DNA from: Ruditapes philippinarum
Taxonomy: Eukaryota
Length of the DNA stretch: 64,000 bases
Reading direction: 5' to 3'
NCBI RefSeq assembly: GCF_026571515.1
Contig: NW_026865473.1
Location: 1-64,000, forward strand
Each line of letters starts with the position of its first letter. The stretch's first letter is position 1. The notes under the pieces were generated by a model. It was not told the origin of the DNA and searched no databases. It was given only the letters and a program-made list of their open reading frames with translations. Positions 1 to 13,934 of this stretch are shown one piece after another. Both the position numbers and the translations under genes were made by a program.

Positions 1-3000
1 TGGAAGGAAAATTGAATCATTACTGAAAAAAACTTAAAAAAAGAAATTCAATATAAATGGGTTCTTGCTATATATTGATTCAAAGCATTCATAAATGATT
101 ATTTGTCCGCATGACATAATTCGCAGACAATAAATCATCACCTCGGGCTCTTAATATTTCACACTTGTTGAACAGGAGCATTTTTACATATACACACAAA
201 TCCGTCACACACACACACATGTTTATATGAATACATTAAAAATAGTACACTTTTTGGAAATTTCACTTGTTCACTAAAATATTACTATTTATATGATCTT
301 GTTAATAATAAAAAAATAATATCACCAATTTCACTTACATTGCCAGAGCTTTTGTTGTCGGACTATCAAATCATTGAATATATATGTATTGACTAACGTA
401 CATACATGTATTAAGTCGGCATTCAGAGAGAAACCAATTTTATTTTCGGTCAATTCGAAAGGTAAATGGGTCATCAAAATAGCTGGCCCATCCAATTATG
501 TCTGCCCCTGCCCGTATCGTGTCACAGATATTGTTGGAGCTGCCTTGTATTCTTTCTATTCTCTTTTTTTCTTTTGATGCTATCCATTTTTCGATGTTTT
601 TATCCGGACTAGAATAAAAACAATGACAAAATGAATACCTGCAACTAAATCATTACGTTTTGTATATTTTTATACCAAAAGTTACTTTCTAGAACAATAT
701 TTTTTAGATATATATTTAAGAAAATTTAACACACAAATACGAACACGTTACTTTAAACTAAAAACTTAAGTCCAGGACATTTGGTTTTAAATTTGTATGT
801 TTTACACTCATTAAATTATAATTGAAAAAAAACATAATGTTATTTTCTTTCAATCTTCTTGTTTAGATAAACACAAAAACAAACTGAAAACTATTACCAC
901 TTTGCATTATATGCTAATATCGTTGCTATTTCTTCTCGATAAGATATTTTGTGGTTAAAACATCTTTTTGACTTAATTTAATATTTAGAAATTAGACATA
1001 ATCTGCTTGTTTTTCATTTATAATTGTATCAATTATTTATCTCATTTTATTCTGCCTCTATTTATTGTCGTCCTTGAATCAGTACTTTTTACGCAATTAA
1101 CTGACTTGATTATAACTATTTTATACCTGGCGAAAGTCATGTACTAAACCAAAATATACCCTTATGTGAAGTTAAAGGGTAACAATTTGCAGTGTTAAAT
1201 TGTCACATTAAGTTAAGGCCCGCTGTCATTAACAAATATCTCGCAAGGGCACACCGGATATCGGGGTTTATCTTTGCTGTTTCGTATTGGTTAATTCCCT
1301 GACTTAGGCGATTTCAGGCGTTTATTGAAACCTTTCAATAAATTGATATCCGGTATCTTGTTGTAGTTTTATTTCTAAAACAAAAAGTCTGTGTTTGAGA
1401 TGTCTATATTGAATTTGAATATCCACCCAGTTTTAATAAAGTGCATGTGTACATAATGGCAGGTATGTAAAACAATTGATAATATTTTCTTTTTATTTTG
1501 ATAGTATTTAGTGTCAAATATAACAACAAACCATGAACTAATAATACATCATGGATGTTGTTTAAAGTATGAGATCCATGCTCCAATATTACATATACAT
1601 GTTTTTACACAGTAGATGATTAATCATTCTAAAACAAAATATTATAATTCATCATTTAAATGTTCACACTTAATCAGTTAGATCATTATCAACATATTTG
1701 TGTTTAAGCATTGTTTTATATGAATAACCAAATGATACATTGCTAATTGTTTTTATCGTTATATTTATGGAAAATGTGTCCATTGTCGACCATTCCACTT
1801 TAACCTATTTGATAAAGCTAAATGATGACTGTAGTGAGGGGGGTTGTATTCGTTAAGCTGAGTGTATACTTAGGCAAAAATAAAAATTATAGTGTCATGT
1901 TATATGCGCTGATTGATGATGTACTTTCTCACGTTGTCTGATTCTTAATTGCTCTTCCCAATTTACCAATGGTCAGGGTAAACACATGAATGATTAATTC
2001 GATATTGATTATAGCAGCGAAGGAGGACAACAATCGTTAAAGCCTTTCTCTTGTTTAATTGTTTTCTTTTCCTTTCTTTAAACTTTTCCTTTGTCTTTAA
2101 TTGAACGACGGTACAAATATACATTAATGTGAAACATGTAGTAACAACAGTTCATGACAAAGCGATCTAATTATTCTCTGAGCCCGTCGAAAACATCAAA
2201 ACCATTAGATATAGATATGTATACGTCATACATATCTGGTAACGTCTGATTATACGTGTTGGTATTCTCAAGACTAGAAAAACAAACCAGGGATATTATT
2301 TAGATTTAAGACACAAAAAGTAAATTATTATTTAAAACACACCTTTTTCTGATTTGCTTAACGTCATCATTAAAAAGGTATTAATATAATTTAAAATACA
2401 AATGATTCTGATTTAAGAGACGATTTCTGATTCATAATTAATTTTAATGGTGATAAGATTTCCAGGGTCAATATGATTATCAAAAAGATATAATAGTACC
2501 CATCAATTTGTAAGGCCTGTACCTTATATATGTCTATATGTTATACATGTACGGCTTTGTTTCACTAATATACGATTTCTTATGATAGCAAAAATTTGTA
2601 CACCCTGTATACTCTATGATAATGATAAGTTTCTATAAACTGAATGGGAAGTACGTAAAAGATGAGATTTCCAACAAGGCTTACATACAAAAAAATTACT
2701 AGTTACTATTGTTTACCAATGAAGTATGATCGGCTTAAGTTTGTTGTAATGTATCTAATGTTGTTATCCATAAATACTTTACCCCCATTGCTTTTTGAAA
2801 ATGATCCAAACGATGCCATTGGTAGGATGCAAGACAGTTGGGTCATTTTTCAATCAACATTAAGTGACATGCTGGGAACATTTTCGTGTAATAGATTTCA
2901 CGTGCCATTGATACCAGTATAAACTAATAACCGCGGGTCTATACAGACACTATTGGCTTGTTTTATATGAATGTTGACAGGAGCACCAGATCAAAATCGA

Positions 3001-6000
3001 TTACCTCATTTCCCTTACACTGAATGTATTTGTTGTCACAATTTATAAAGAAACTTTGACCCTCTACTACAGCATCTTGAGTATAACATTAAGGGCCACA
3101 ATATGATACACTAAAAGTTATTAATTGTTTACTAAATTTATTATTGTTATAAATTGTTTATTAAATTAAATACAGTTATTATTTATTTACTAAAATTTTA
3201 GTTATAAATTGTTTTCTATATTCATTATAGTTATACATTGAACAAACATTTTATAAAGAGTAGAAATGAAACAAAATTATAAATATCTGCTTCATCTAAA
3301 TTAGTATAATTTAAATTAGGATTTTTTATGGTGTACTTAAATCATAATTTCCCAAAATGTAATCATTGCCCAGTTACCTTCACCTTCATTTATTTCTGTT
3401 GCATTTTGGTAATTAGTACAGTAATAGTGATCAAGTATTTTGTATGGAAGTCAAAATACTACTTTGTTTAAACTTTGCTTCTTTTATGACAAATTATTTC
3501 TTATTTACTGCTACTTTTTTGGGTAACAAGCTTCTTATATGCTAACAAAAAACCACTGTTTAAACATTATTAAATTTATATTTGCCTTTTCTAAAGAACT
3601 TAACATTTATTCTTTTCTTTTCTGACGCATGATTTGCCTTTAAGATTTATGTCATATGAAAATATTGATCGACAATAACATATTTGATATGTCTAGTGAA
3701 AACACAAGTTTAATGATGTCATGCACTATTTCAAAATAGCTTGCGATTAAAGTTTAAAACTACATGAATAAGAAACTGATAATGATAGCAAAACATTGTT
3801 TTTGATGGATCTTAAATAAGCTAAACAGTACAACTATCATATGCAGGAAACAATGCACTCAGAAAACATCAAATATACACATTCATTTTCATTGTCAGAG
3901 ACATGTTAACGTAGACCTCCATCTATTTATGTCTCCGTAATTTCCCAAGAAGGCGATAAACTTAGGAACGTCAATATTAGTTTGAACATCAATTTATTTG
4001 TATAGAGCACTTTAATAAGGACACACACAAATTTTATCTTAAACTGTTATAGCATTTCGGATAAATCTCAATGTGTTTTGATCATGATTTCCTTTCATGT
4101 ATTACAAATGACAATGCATAGAATTAATCTTATAAAGAATTTTAACGTGTATTTAGTTCAATTAGAAGTGTACTCAATTTTGCACATTATATAAGAACAG
4201 GCATTGTTTTTCTTTAAGCACTAGGTTATCAAGATAAGCTTTTATGTAGAAAAATATCAAATTTATTATATATAATACTTTATAAAATTAATATAAGAAA
4301 TGAAATATACGAACTATTTTTTAATATTATTATTATTATATTGATGTCTTAGGAATATACGGTATGTAAGAAATATCGTTTGAGGCGATTAGTTGAAAAT
4401 CTTTTAAAAGATTTTATCAGACGGCAAAATTGTTGTAAGTTTTGATGTTCGAATTCTGTCAATCCTTTTTTTTTTTGATAGTGAGAAACTATTCCTTATC
4501 GTAGGAATATAAGATTATGTTCAGTTGATAATTCGTGGAAAATAGTATGATTATATATATGTATATGTAGAACATATATATGCTATTGAAGATGCTTACA
4601 AATATGAAAACGTTCTTCATCATTCGTTTTAAATTGAATACCTCCTGCAAAAATTCAACACCCAAAAATAATACTTTTGTTTTGTATCTGTAGAAAAACA
4701 TGCATTGCACTATGGATTTTGAAAAACATTATATTGGTGTAAAATTGTATATTATATTAATAGTCGTTGCCCTGTGTGTCTACTCTGTATGTGAATTTAA
4801 TTAATTCCCTAGTTCATGTCTATATATGTAATATTAATCAGGTTTAAGAGACACCATTTACTTCTATACGTAATATTAATCAGGTTTGAGAGACACCATT
4901 TGGCTTATAAACCAGTCTGAACGTTCAAAGGATATTTGGCCCCTGTCCAGTTTCGACAATTGAGGGGGAAGAAGCAAAACAGATCCAAAATCATTTCGTT
5001 CTATTTTTGTTACAATAATAGCTAGTTAAGAGAAAAAAGTTTACATTTCAAAACTTTAAATTCAAGTTTTATCTTGAAAAAAAATCGGCTTTACAAATTT
5101 CGAAAATGTTAAAACTCTCAAAGAGAATTTTAAAAGAGGCATACTTTAAGTTAGTTATTTCTTTTTATATTGAATGTTTCATGGTTTCCTCAACCATGAA
5201 ACATTCGATAAAAAACTAAGCCAATATAACAGCTTTATCTTAAAAAAATGACAGTTATAAAATGTAACTAGTTCAGAAGAAATAAGAACTTCAAGATAAT
5301 ATCATTTTCCACATTTATAAAATAACAAACTTCAATCACTATTCGCTCTTGTCTCATTTGTGAATTCAAAGAGAATGTTCCATTCATTTAGTAGTATGTT
5401 TTCATTAGATCTAGAATTCTCAAACTGAACTTAACTATTTTAAAGAGCACAGTCATCTGCGTAAATGAGTCGTCTTGGACAATTAAAAAAAGGTACTACA
5501 TATTTTATTTTCTACTTTTTTGATATTAACTTTAATGTTGCAATGTAAGCTATATTCGCTTGAAAATGTTAATATCTTAAAGTTTATAATTCATATTTAA
5601 CATCATAAATTATGAATAGTAAATGCAATCCAAATTAAATTCGTTCTTGACACCCCTTTTAAAGTGTCTGAAGTAATGGTTATATAACCTCATATTTCTT
5701 CTATTTCTGTGCTTAACTTGCAAGCATGTTTCAATTGAGGACATTACTTACTGTATCTGAACTATATTATTAAATAGAATATATTTATACAAGTTATTTC
5801 TTGGATATTTAGATTATTTCATGTAAGAATGTAATTTAATGACGAGAGTTTGAGAGTATGTTGTCGCTATTAGTTCGACAATTGTCAAGTATAGCTTGAA
5901 TTATGACTTACTGATTACATGGAAAGAATCATTCAACACTTATAAAAGTCAACATTATTCAGGATTATTTTATTAAAGTATCAGCATGTTTCACAATCGG

Positions 6001-6417
6001 TTAATTCCTAGATAATGTGAACTCGTAAGATACACATGACTAAACAAGGTTATTATAAGCATTAAAATCATTTATTTCTATTATGATTTGATCAATGCAT
6101 ATCTTTTTTGGAAAATTATATAGTTGATGCATTTAGGATTTAGGTTTGAAAGTAAAATAGTTGACGTTGGCCGGTACAGATTGCATATCAACTTCATTCG
6201 TATATATCATCTAATTTGAACACTGTTATATTCAATACAAGTAATTAATATTGACATATTTAGTACTAGATATTCTAATTATGTTCCCGGGCTTGATACA
6301 CAAATAACTTAAAAGTACAATGGTATTACAATACAAATTGTATCCGGATAAGGTTTTTATTGTCAGTACGCCATTGTGTCATTGATTTAAATTTCCTTGA
6401 ATAAAAGCCTTACTTAC

Positions 6418-6522
6418 AGAAACATGATGCTTTATCACTTAGTGATTTCCCAAAGCACCAATAAAAATGTCTAAGTCTTCATCATTAAACGCAGATTGTC
6501 GTAATAAATATCCAAGACATTC
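6418..6522 (-). pseudogene. Exon-like block 'a', unit A copy (in-frame TAA)
   Basis: Minus strand tttcttatag| 105 nt |gtaagt; homologous to 12980-13084 but with CAA>TAA. Confidence 0.4.
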
Positions 6523-6810
6523 CTATAAGAAACTAGGCTTGAGAAATTCTTTCTCAATTGTTGAAATATAAAGGTGAACGTTAAACAATATTCTTATACT
6601 GATAATTTACTTAAAAATACTACAAGAATCGTTTTTCAGTTCGTGTATAAAATATCTTTTACAAAATAGAATAAGAAAAACATCAAAATACTAGTCCTTG
6701 CTTTGTTAGGATAAACCCCCACCTCCCTCCATATAAATAGTAGAAAATATGGCTTGGCTCAATGGTATTTTCACCACAGCGTTTACAGCTAGCTGGAGTT
6801 CCTTACTAAA

Positions 6811-7438
6811 TCAAAGCACAGAAGGCGCTTAATTTGTTTGGGTCTCAGAATGTAAGAAAGGTGCAGGTTGTGAGATTATAAACCAATTTGTTTTTGTATA
6901 GTGCCACCAATGCTTTTCAGCGTTTTAATTGTAGTAAATTGGCTATAAGACTAATTGCAACACTGATATTCAATCCAATGTTTATTTGACTTAAACAATT
7001 TGAAAAAAAAGAGTTGCCTTATCTGGGACTTGAACTCCAGACCTCTCGCAAATCCCTCGGCCACAGTGAATTTATATGTTAAAGGCCTGAAGAAAACCAT
7101 ATTATTCTAAATTAGGGTTTGTAACGACGCTAACTGTTGTTTAACACAGATGTAAGTAATCATTTGAGCTTAACTTTAAGCATGTATATCTATAAAGAAT
7201 AAAACAATATTAGAAATCTTCGACCATTCGGGAATTATTTTGCTTGAAAATTAATGCGCCTGTCATTTGACCAATCATTACGCAGTGATCTCCCCTGAAT
7301 TTTTCGGCGTTATTGTACATAAAAAGGGAAGTAACCGCTTCAGAAAAGCGAACTACTTTCGGCATTTGCAATTAACAGCATTAGAGTCTGAAATTTCGCT
7401 ACCATTATTTGTTTGGTCTGACGACCCAAACAAATAAA
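6811..7438 (-). mobile_element. Non-autonomous Helentron-type element (HINE/DINE-1-like)
   Basis: Absent at the homologous site of units B and C (cttactaaa^ctg). Subterminal inverted repeat atttgtttgggtc (6832-6844) / gacccaaacaaat (7423-7435), an extra partial IR forming a hairpin at 7406-7436, a terminal stem-loop aagcac-agaag-gcgctt (6814-6830), inserted in an A/T run with no TSD. Confidence 0.75.
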
Positions 7439-9496
7439 AACTGCTGTACTTAAATATTGTTATACTTTCATAAAAATGATTCATCGATTATAAGAATCCG
7501 TAGTTTTATATAAATATCCTTATAGATGTAGTTGCCTTGTGTCATAGCAAAATTCAACGCTTTCTATATCGATGACATGTTGCAACATTAATGATAAAAT
7601 TGCATGACTGTACAATTTTGTAACCTTCACATACTGCATGGAAACTTTATGTTCATCACAACGTAAGATATTTGTTACACTCCAAAGCATTATGATTGTT
7701 GGTATTAAGAATGACGGTGTTTGTATTAATTTCATGATGTCAAACAAAGCATATTATTTCCGCTTTTCTCGCATCGTAAAATTGTCTTTCTAAAAGAGAC
7801 TTAGTGCTTTCGTGCGAACTGAAATAAGTAGTATTTTTAAATTAATTTCTTTAACGAAATGGAAATCCGTGCCGTAGTGTTCTGTCGTTCTTTTATTTAG
7901 ATTGAAAATTAATTATTTTGTCTGCTTGGTAATGAATTTAGTTTTATAAATGAATAATCTCCTAGTAAGTATTTCAACACTACATGTGTCGTTTATGAAG
8001 GCAGAACCTATAAGTTAATCAGAGAAATGTTGGATGTACGTCTTCGTCCGTTTGTTTTTAAGAAACCAAAAGTTGTATTATAACGGACATGATAAATGCT
8101 TATATATGGTATTGAGCGTATTGTTTTTTTTTAACATTTTTAACAATACTCTTATGTGTGACTTGCCGTTGTTCACAATATTTTTACTGACTACAAAATA
8201 AATCAAATGTAAGTCGTCACAATAAACAACAATAAACATGAAATTCAATTTATTTATACCTTATATCGAAAAACTATCTTGTCTCTATTAACTATAAAAA
8301 ACATGTAAAGTTATATAATAGATTCAGACACAAATTTCTAATGAAAAAGTAACACACTTGTCAAAATAGTGGATATGTCATAATAGTTTTGGACAAGATA
8401 CATGTGTATTGGCTGATTTCTTCTTTGGAAAGTTTGAATTTTATTAGCTGGCATTTACATTATTAGCTCGCATTTACAACTAAGTGAAAAATCAATAAAA
8501 GCCGATTGATGGATTCTAAGGAGCAAGATAAGATTAATATGTCTTCACAGTGAAATATCAAAATTCAATGCTGGAAACTGCAAAATAAATCGGAAATATT
8601 ATTGAAAATCCTGCAAAGAGACATGTTGACTTAGAGATACATCTTTTTATGCCATGGAATCCATAAAAAGATTTCGTCGGCCGTACTGACTCGATATTGT
8701 TAAATCATATTGTGTTGGTGCCCCTATTTTGTACTCAACATGTTGTTTTGAACATTATTTTGTAATATGTGCAGGAATGTCTTTATTCCGCTCTTCTATC
8801 ACTTTTAATTAATTCAAGAATTAAAGAGGCATAGTTTCAATATGGGTCCGTAATGCTTCAAGAATGCTAAAGCTTTGATCCTTAAACAACTAAGATACAA
8901 ATAAAGACTGTGTCTCATTGAAAACAAGTCGTGATATTCTTTACTTTATAATAATTTTATTGACTGAATCCATGCAATGGTATTTAAGAAAAATATCAAG
9001 CTTTATGCTGTTACCAAAGTGGAAAATAACAAACTCATTTCTATCACGATTATGTGTTTTGCAACATTAATGATAAAATTGCATGCCTGTAAAATTTTGT
9101 TAACATCACATACTGCATGTAAACGTATTGTGTAATTTGTTGTATATGCATTATCGATAAATCCATCAGTCTGTAAGTGATTTGTTACGTTCCAACGCAT
9201 TTTGATTGATAATAAAATCAATTATGTTGTAAAAGAGTATGAATTAGTTAATACAGTGTTAGACAAAGCATAAATATAACCCTTTTATTTTTTACATTGA
9301 ATATGGTCACCCTCAGCAGAGATTAATGTTGTTCTGCGATTTAGTTTTCTGTAGGCTATATGGTCATTTATATAATGCAATAGAATTCCGATTATGGTCC
9401 ATGTAAAGGGCAGATTCGTTTCGTTATTTAATCAAAATTACTCTGTTCGTTGTAAATGAGTAACCGCCCATATTTAACAGTACTATAAATGTCGTG

Positions 9497-9736
9497 TAGG
9501 GCTGGGGCGAGTATCCGAGTACTCGGATAATCACGAATCAAAGTGAAAAATCGAGTTTAAATATTCGTAAGCCCAGAGATCGTGGATCGCGGTCTTATTT
9601 GTTTATATACATTCACTAATGTACATGTTTTTATGGGTGTCTTGATAACAAAAGATTTATGGTTCGATTTGTGAATCGTAAGTGCTGAATCGTGGATCGG
9701 ATCGGATTGTTACTTATCCGACGATCCACACCCCTT
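9497..9736. mobile_element. hAT-type MITE (~240 bp)
   Basis: 8-bp target-site duplication atgtcgtg (9489-9496 and 9737-9744), imperfect TIRs tagggctggg / ccacacccctt; single atgtcgtg at the empty sites in units B (~16429) and C (~23874). Confidence 0.85.
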
Positions 9737-11333
9737 ATGTCGTGTCTGTACGAATAATCGATAAAGTCATCGGAGGTATGCTGTATATACTCGAATCATA
9801 CGCGACTTTTCTTCGAAACGTAATGTTTATTAAAGAGAATAATGAATGATATGTCAATGAATACTTATCCCAGTAAGTTTGTTGCTGGCTTCTTTAGATT
9901 TCTGCGTGTTTACAGGCGGCTGTTCATATGTTTACACTAATACGTAAGAAATGCGTTATGATTATTATTTAAAAAAGTGAACTTAATTAACGCAATAAGT
10001 GTACAGACTTAATATACTAGTCTTAAAATATGCTTATAATAGTAAAAATAAATTCAGAAAAGCTTTTGTGCGACTGAAGTATGCATGTGTAACAAAATAA
10101 TTTCATTACGTGTATCCGTTGTTACTTTTTGTTGGTATTCACAACTTTGTGAAATTTCAAATTATGATTTTTTTATCAATAAGATTCGTTTGATGAATTT
10201 TGAGCAAGACAAAAAAGATATCTTTACAGCCACCGCAATGATGTGTCTAAATAAATGCAGAAAACTGCATAATCGGAATCAATTTCAGACTAGTCTAGCA
10301 TTATCGTAAATTCTGGAACGAGACAATTTGACTTAGATATATATCTATTTACGTCTCCATGATTTCCCAAGGATACTTTGAACTGAGGACATATCAATAC
10401 TCCGCCTTGCCATACTAACTCAATATAAATAAATAACTTAAGTTTAATGTAATACGTCAACTGTGGAGATATAAGAGGTCAAAATGATAAAGAAGTTAAG
10501 AATATAAACTACCGTGCTTTTCCTTAAATTACAAAATAGTTATTGTCAAATGAGTAGTAAATGTTTACAGTAACAAAATAATACTTCATTATCATAAATT
10601 ATTTCTTAAAAAAATGATTTTACCAATTCTTATTATAGCCCAAATGTGAAGTTTTTCCAATTACTTATCTAATATATTCAAGTCGTTTTCTTATATATTT
10701 TTTAGATATGAGACTTGTGCGTCATTGATTATAAATTCCCTTAAAATATCCCTCAATTAAATGTATGCTACTTTATTACAAAGTACTTTCCCAAAGCACC
10801 AATATAATCTTCTTCAATAAATGCAAATTGCCGCATAAAAATGTCGACAGTCCTTGTACGAGTATTCAATGGTAGAAGTTTTATTTGTCATTCATTTGTT
10901 GAAATATAAGTGTTATTTTTATAGTTTCTTTTGTTTGTTTGCTTTTTTTTGAAATTCCGTAGTAGAAAACATGAAACATGTTTTGTTAGTCTTATAAAAT
11001 AAACTACATATATTTCATTATTACTTTTTATAATGATCAACGAAATCCAAGGAATATAATTTTACAAAATTGGATATTTTGACAGAGTGCAATAACAAAA
11101 TAGTTTGTATCACGATTATGTCTTGCAATATTAATGGCAAAATTGCATGGCTGCACAGTTTTACAACCATCGCATACTCATGAAATATTCTAGTTAAAAT
11201 TGTTCTACATTCAGCATCAACGATTATATCACAATATTAATCTTATTGCCCTTAACTCTGTTTCACCTTCTAATCGATTTGAATTTTCCAATCAAATCAT
11301 CCGTTACAGAAAATCATTTTACAAAAAGGTCAA

Positions 11334-11605
11334 TCTAGTACTATCGTACATTCTGGAATTAGACAATTTGACTTAGAGATATATCTATTTACGTCTCCAT
11401 GATTTCCCAAGGAGACTATAAACTGAGGACATATCAATACTCCGCCTTGCCATACTAACTCAAAATAGATAAATTACTTAGGTTTAATGTAATACGTCAC
11501 CTGTTGAGATATAAGAAGTCAAAATGATGAAGAATTTAGGAATATAAACTACCCTGCTTTAAGTTACTTAAATTTACAAAATAGTTATTGCCTGAATAGT
11601 AGTAA
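11334..11605 (+). repeat. Local direct duplication of 10293-10560
   Basis: ~270 nt near-identical (…gacaatttgacttag…gatttcccaagga…aactgaggacatatcaatactccgccttgccatactaactc…agtagtaa). Confidence 0.9.
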
Positions 11606-12979
11606 TTTTTTTATTTCCTGAATAAATGTTTATATAACCTTATCAATTTGCTTCTAAAACTACTGTGCTTACAACACTATGTTAAAACAGAGAAAATAAC
11701 TATAACCATACACGTTGATCTTGATTAACTAAATAAAAACATTTCTGACAGTATTAAATATAAATATTTTCATTATTTCATGTAACTAAAGGATGAAATT
11801 TAATGAAGAGAGTTCGAAATGAATAATGTTGCTTTTCTAAGTGATCATCACGGTTATATCATTTTACAGGTTTGATATGAAGACTGTTATATTTCCAAAC
11901 CTATAATTTTCAGGTTAACATATGTGTGTTGAATCCATTGGATGAAGTAAAATAACAGTTGCTGCCCCTAAGAATGACAATATTTGTCGAAGTTAGATCT
12001 TTATAGCTTATGGAACTGTTACTCAATCGTAGAACACTAGTTGATTGATACTGTGTACTCCGCTGGTTTTTGTATGAATGTTTTTGTAAGATCTTTAGAT
12101 TATTTTTAAACAATATTTTATTTGTAAGCATTGCATTAACATAATAAAGTACATAAAGTATTTTTACGAATTAGGTAGGAAGCTACAAAAAGTTAAAATA
12201 AAAATACAATTCTCAGTGAGATCTCTGTTCAATATTAAAAACTAAATAGTATCGACCTGATGAAAATTTTTAGTTCTCTCATATAGTATACAGAACATGT
12301 TGATGCGGGTATCTTAAATGATACATACCAATTATATATTAATAACAACCCTTACATGATTTGCGTTATAACTGATTATTTACTTTTTCTGTTCAAATTC
12401 TCTAAAGGTACCTGTGTTTGTATCTTATTTCTTCCTTGATGAAGTAAACGATAAATTATATTAACACAAATCAAATTTTCTTCGATGTTTTATTTTCAAA
12501 ACTTTGTAATAGTAAAATTTATTCAAGATTATTCCATTAATGTTTCAGTATATTTCACGATCGGTCATTTTCAAATTAATGTAAACTCGTAAGATACACA
12601 TAACTAAGAAATAGTACGTATTATCACGCGTTTACTTCAATTATGATTTGATTAATACACATCGTTTTTGCAATATCATATTTACTACATGACGGATTTG
12701 CATAAATAAAACATGAAAAGTATAGTTTATGGTATAGATGGCATTGCAACTTCAGTCATGCATATAGGTCATCTGGTTTTATCACATTTTTATTGAATAC
12801 AAGTAACTAATATAGAAATATTTAGTGCTAGATATTCTTATCATGTTCCCGTGCGTGATACACAAATAACTCTAAAGTACAATGGCATTGCATTACCAAT
12901 TGTTTACGAAATAGGTTTCTATTGCCAGTACGCCATTGTGTCATTGATTTTAATTTCCTTAAATAAAACCCTGACTTAC

Positions 12980-13084
12980 AGAAACATCATGTTTTATCAC
13001 TTGGTGATTTCCCAAAGCACCAATAAAAATGTCAAAGTCTTCATCATTAAACGCAGATTGTCGTAATAAATATCCAAGACATTC
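12980..13084 (-). pseudogene. Exon-like block 'a', unit B copy (open, phase 0-0: ECLGYLLRQSAFNDEDFDIFIGALGNHQVIKHDVS)
   Basis: Canonical acceptor tttcttatag and donor gtaagt flank 105 nt that are open in one frame; no recognisable family. Confidence 0.4.
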
Positions 13085-13312
13085 CTATAAGAAACTAGGC
13101 CAGAGAATTTTTTCTCACGTGAAACAATATTTTTGTACTGATATTACTGAACAAAACTATAAGAATCATTCTTCAGTTCATATAAAAATAGAATAAAAGG
13201 TCATCAAAATACTAGCACTTTGCTTGTTGGGTCATGTGTTAAGTATATCCCTGAAACCCCTCCCTCTCACATAAACAGTAGAAAATGTGATTAGGTACAA
13301 AGGTTCTTTTAA

Positions 13313-13934
13313 CCCTTTCCCCCATGAGCATATTGTGAAAAATGGCCGTTTTCACTGAAAAGCCTCCTGTTACAAGTTCAAACTGCTATGAAACTATGAA
13401 AAATGCTTCAATACTAATCAAACTTGGCACAAATGTTGACTGGACCATTGCCTTTGTAACGACATGCTCAGTCTTAAATTTCCTGTTACCATGGCAACGA
13501 GGGGGCATCTCAAAATTGCCAAAAATCACTATTTTGCCTCGATTTTTTCCATCAAAATTTATTTCAAAGTGCTGCAACTTCTCAAGGGATTGAGATAGAG
13601 TCAAAGGCTTTTCAAGCGTTGGTTAAACGTTACATTATGATCGACCTGGGGTCATTTTTTAGCCTCTCACAAGTCAAAATTTTCTTGGCGATGAGGGGGA
13701 CTCCGCCCCCCTTCAAACCCCCCTAACAGAAGGGGCACATCCCCCTTCTGGCAACCCCCTGATGTATCTTTTGGATGGGGGCGGCGCCGAAAAGTGCTCA
13801 TTTTTTTTAGCAACATTTCTCAAACGAAAACTTATGTTTGGGGCCCAAATATACATTTTTTTTCCTATTTGAGGCCCAAAAAAGGGGGGGGGGGGTCGAA
13901 AGTGCGTTGTTTCGCGTATATATGTGGTAAAGGG
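13313..13934. mobile_element. piggyBac-type MITE (~620 bp)
   Basis: TTAA duplicated on both sides, TIRs ccctttcccccat / atgtggtaaaggg; empty site ttttaacacagtg in unit C (~21417). Confidence 0.88.

Larger units (their letters stand above)
5800..11612 (+). repeat. Higher-order tandem unit A (boundaries approximate; more diverged homology extends back to ~3900)
   Basis: Collinear anchors shared with units B and C, e.g. gtacgccattgtgtcattgattt (~6366/12928/21004), gatttcgtcggccgtactgactcg (~8670/15188/22635), cagaaaagcttttgt (~10055/16857/24347). Confidence 0.9.

Noticed and set aside
1253-1354. 10-bp inverted repeat accggatatc/gatatccggt with a small inner hairpin
   Set aside because: No TSD or second copy in the window, so it cannot be called a MITE.
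4828-4910. 42-bp tandem duplication
   Set aside because: Two copies only; an ordinary slippage event.
6420-6490. Blocks a/b as box C/D snoRNAs (AUGAUGA on the minus strand; CUGA in some b copies)
   Set aside because: C and D boxes do not occur intact together at proper positions across copies, and I could not identify an exact rRNA complement.
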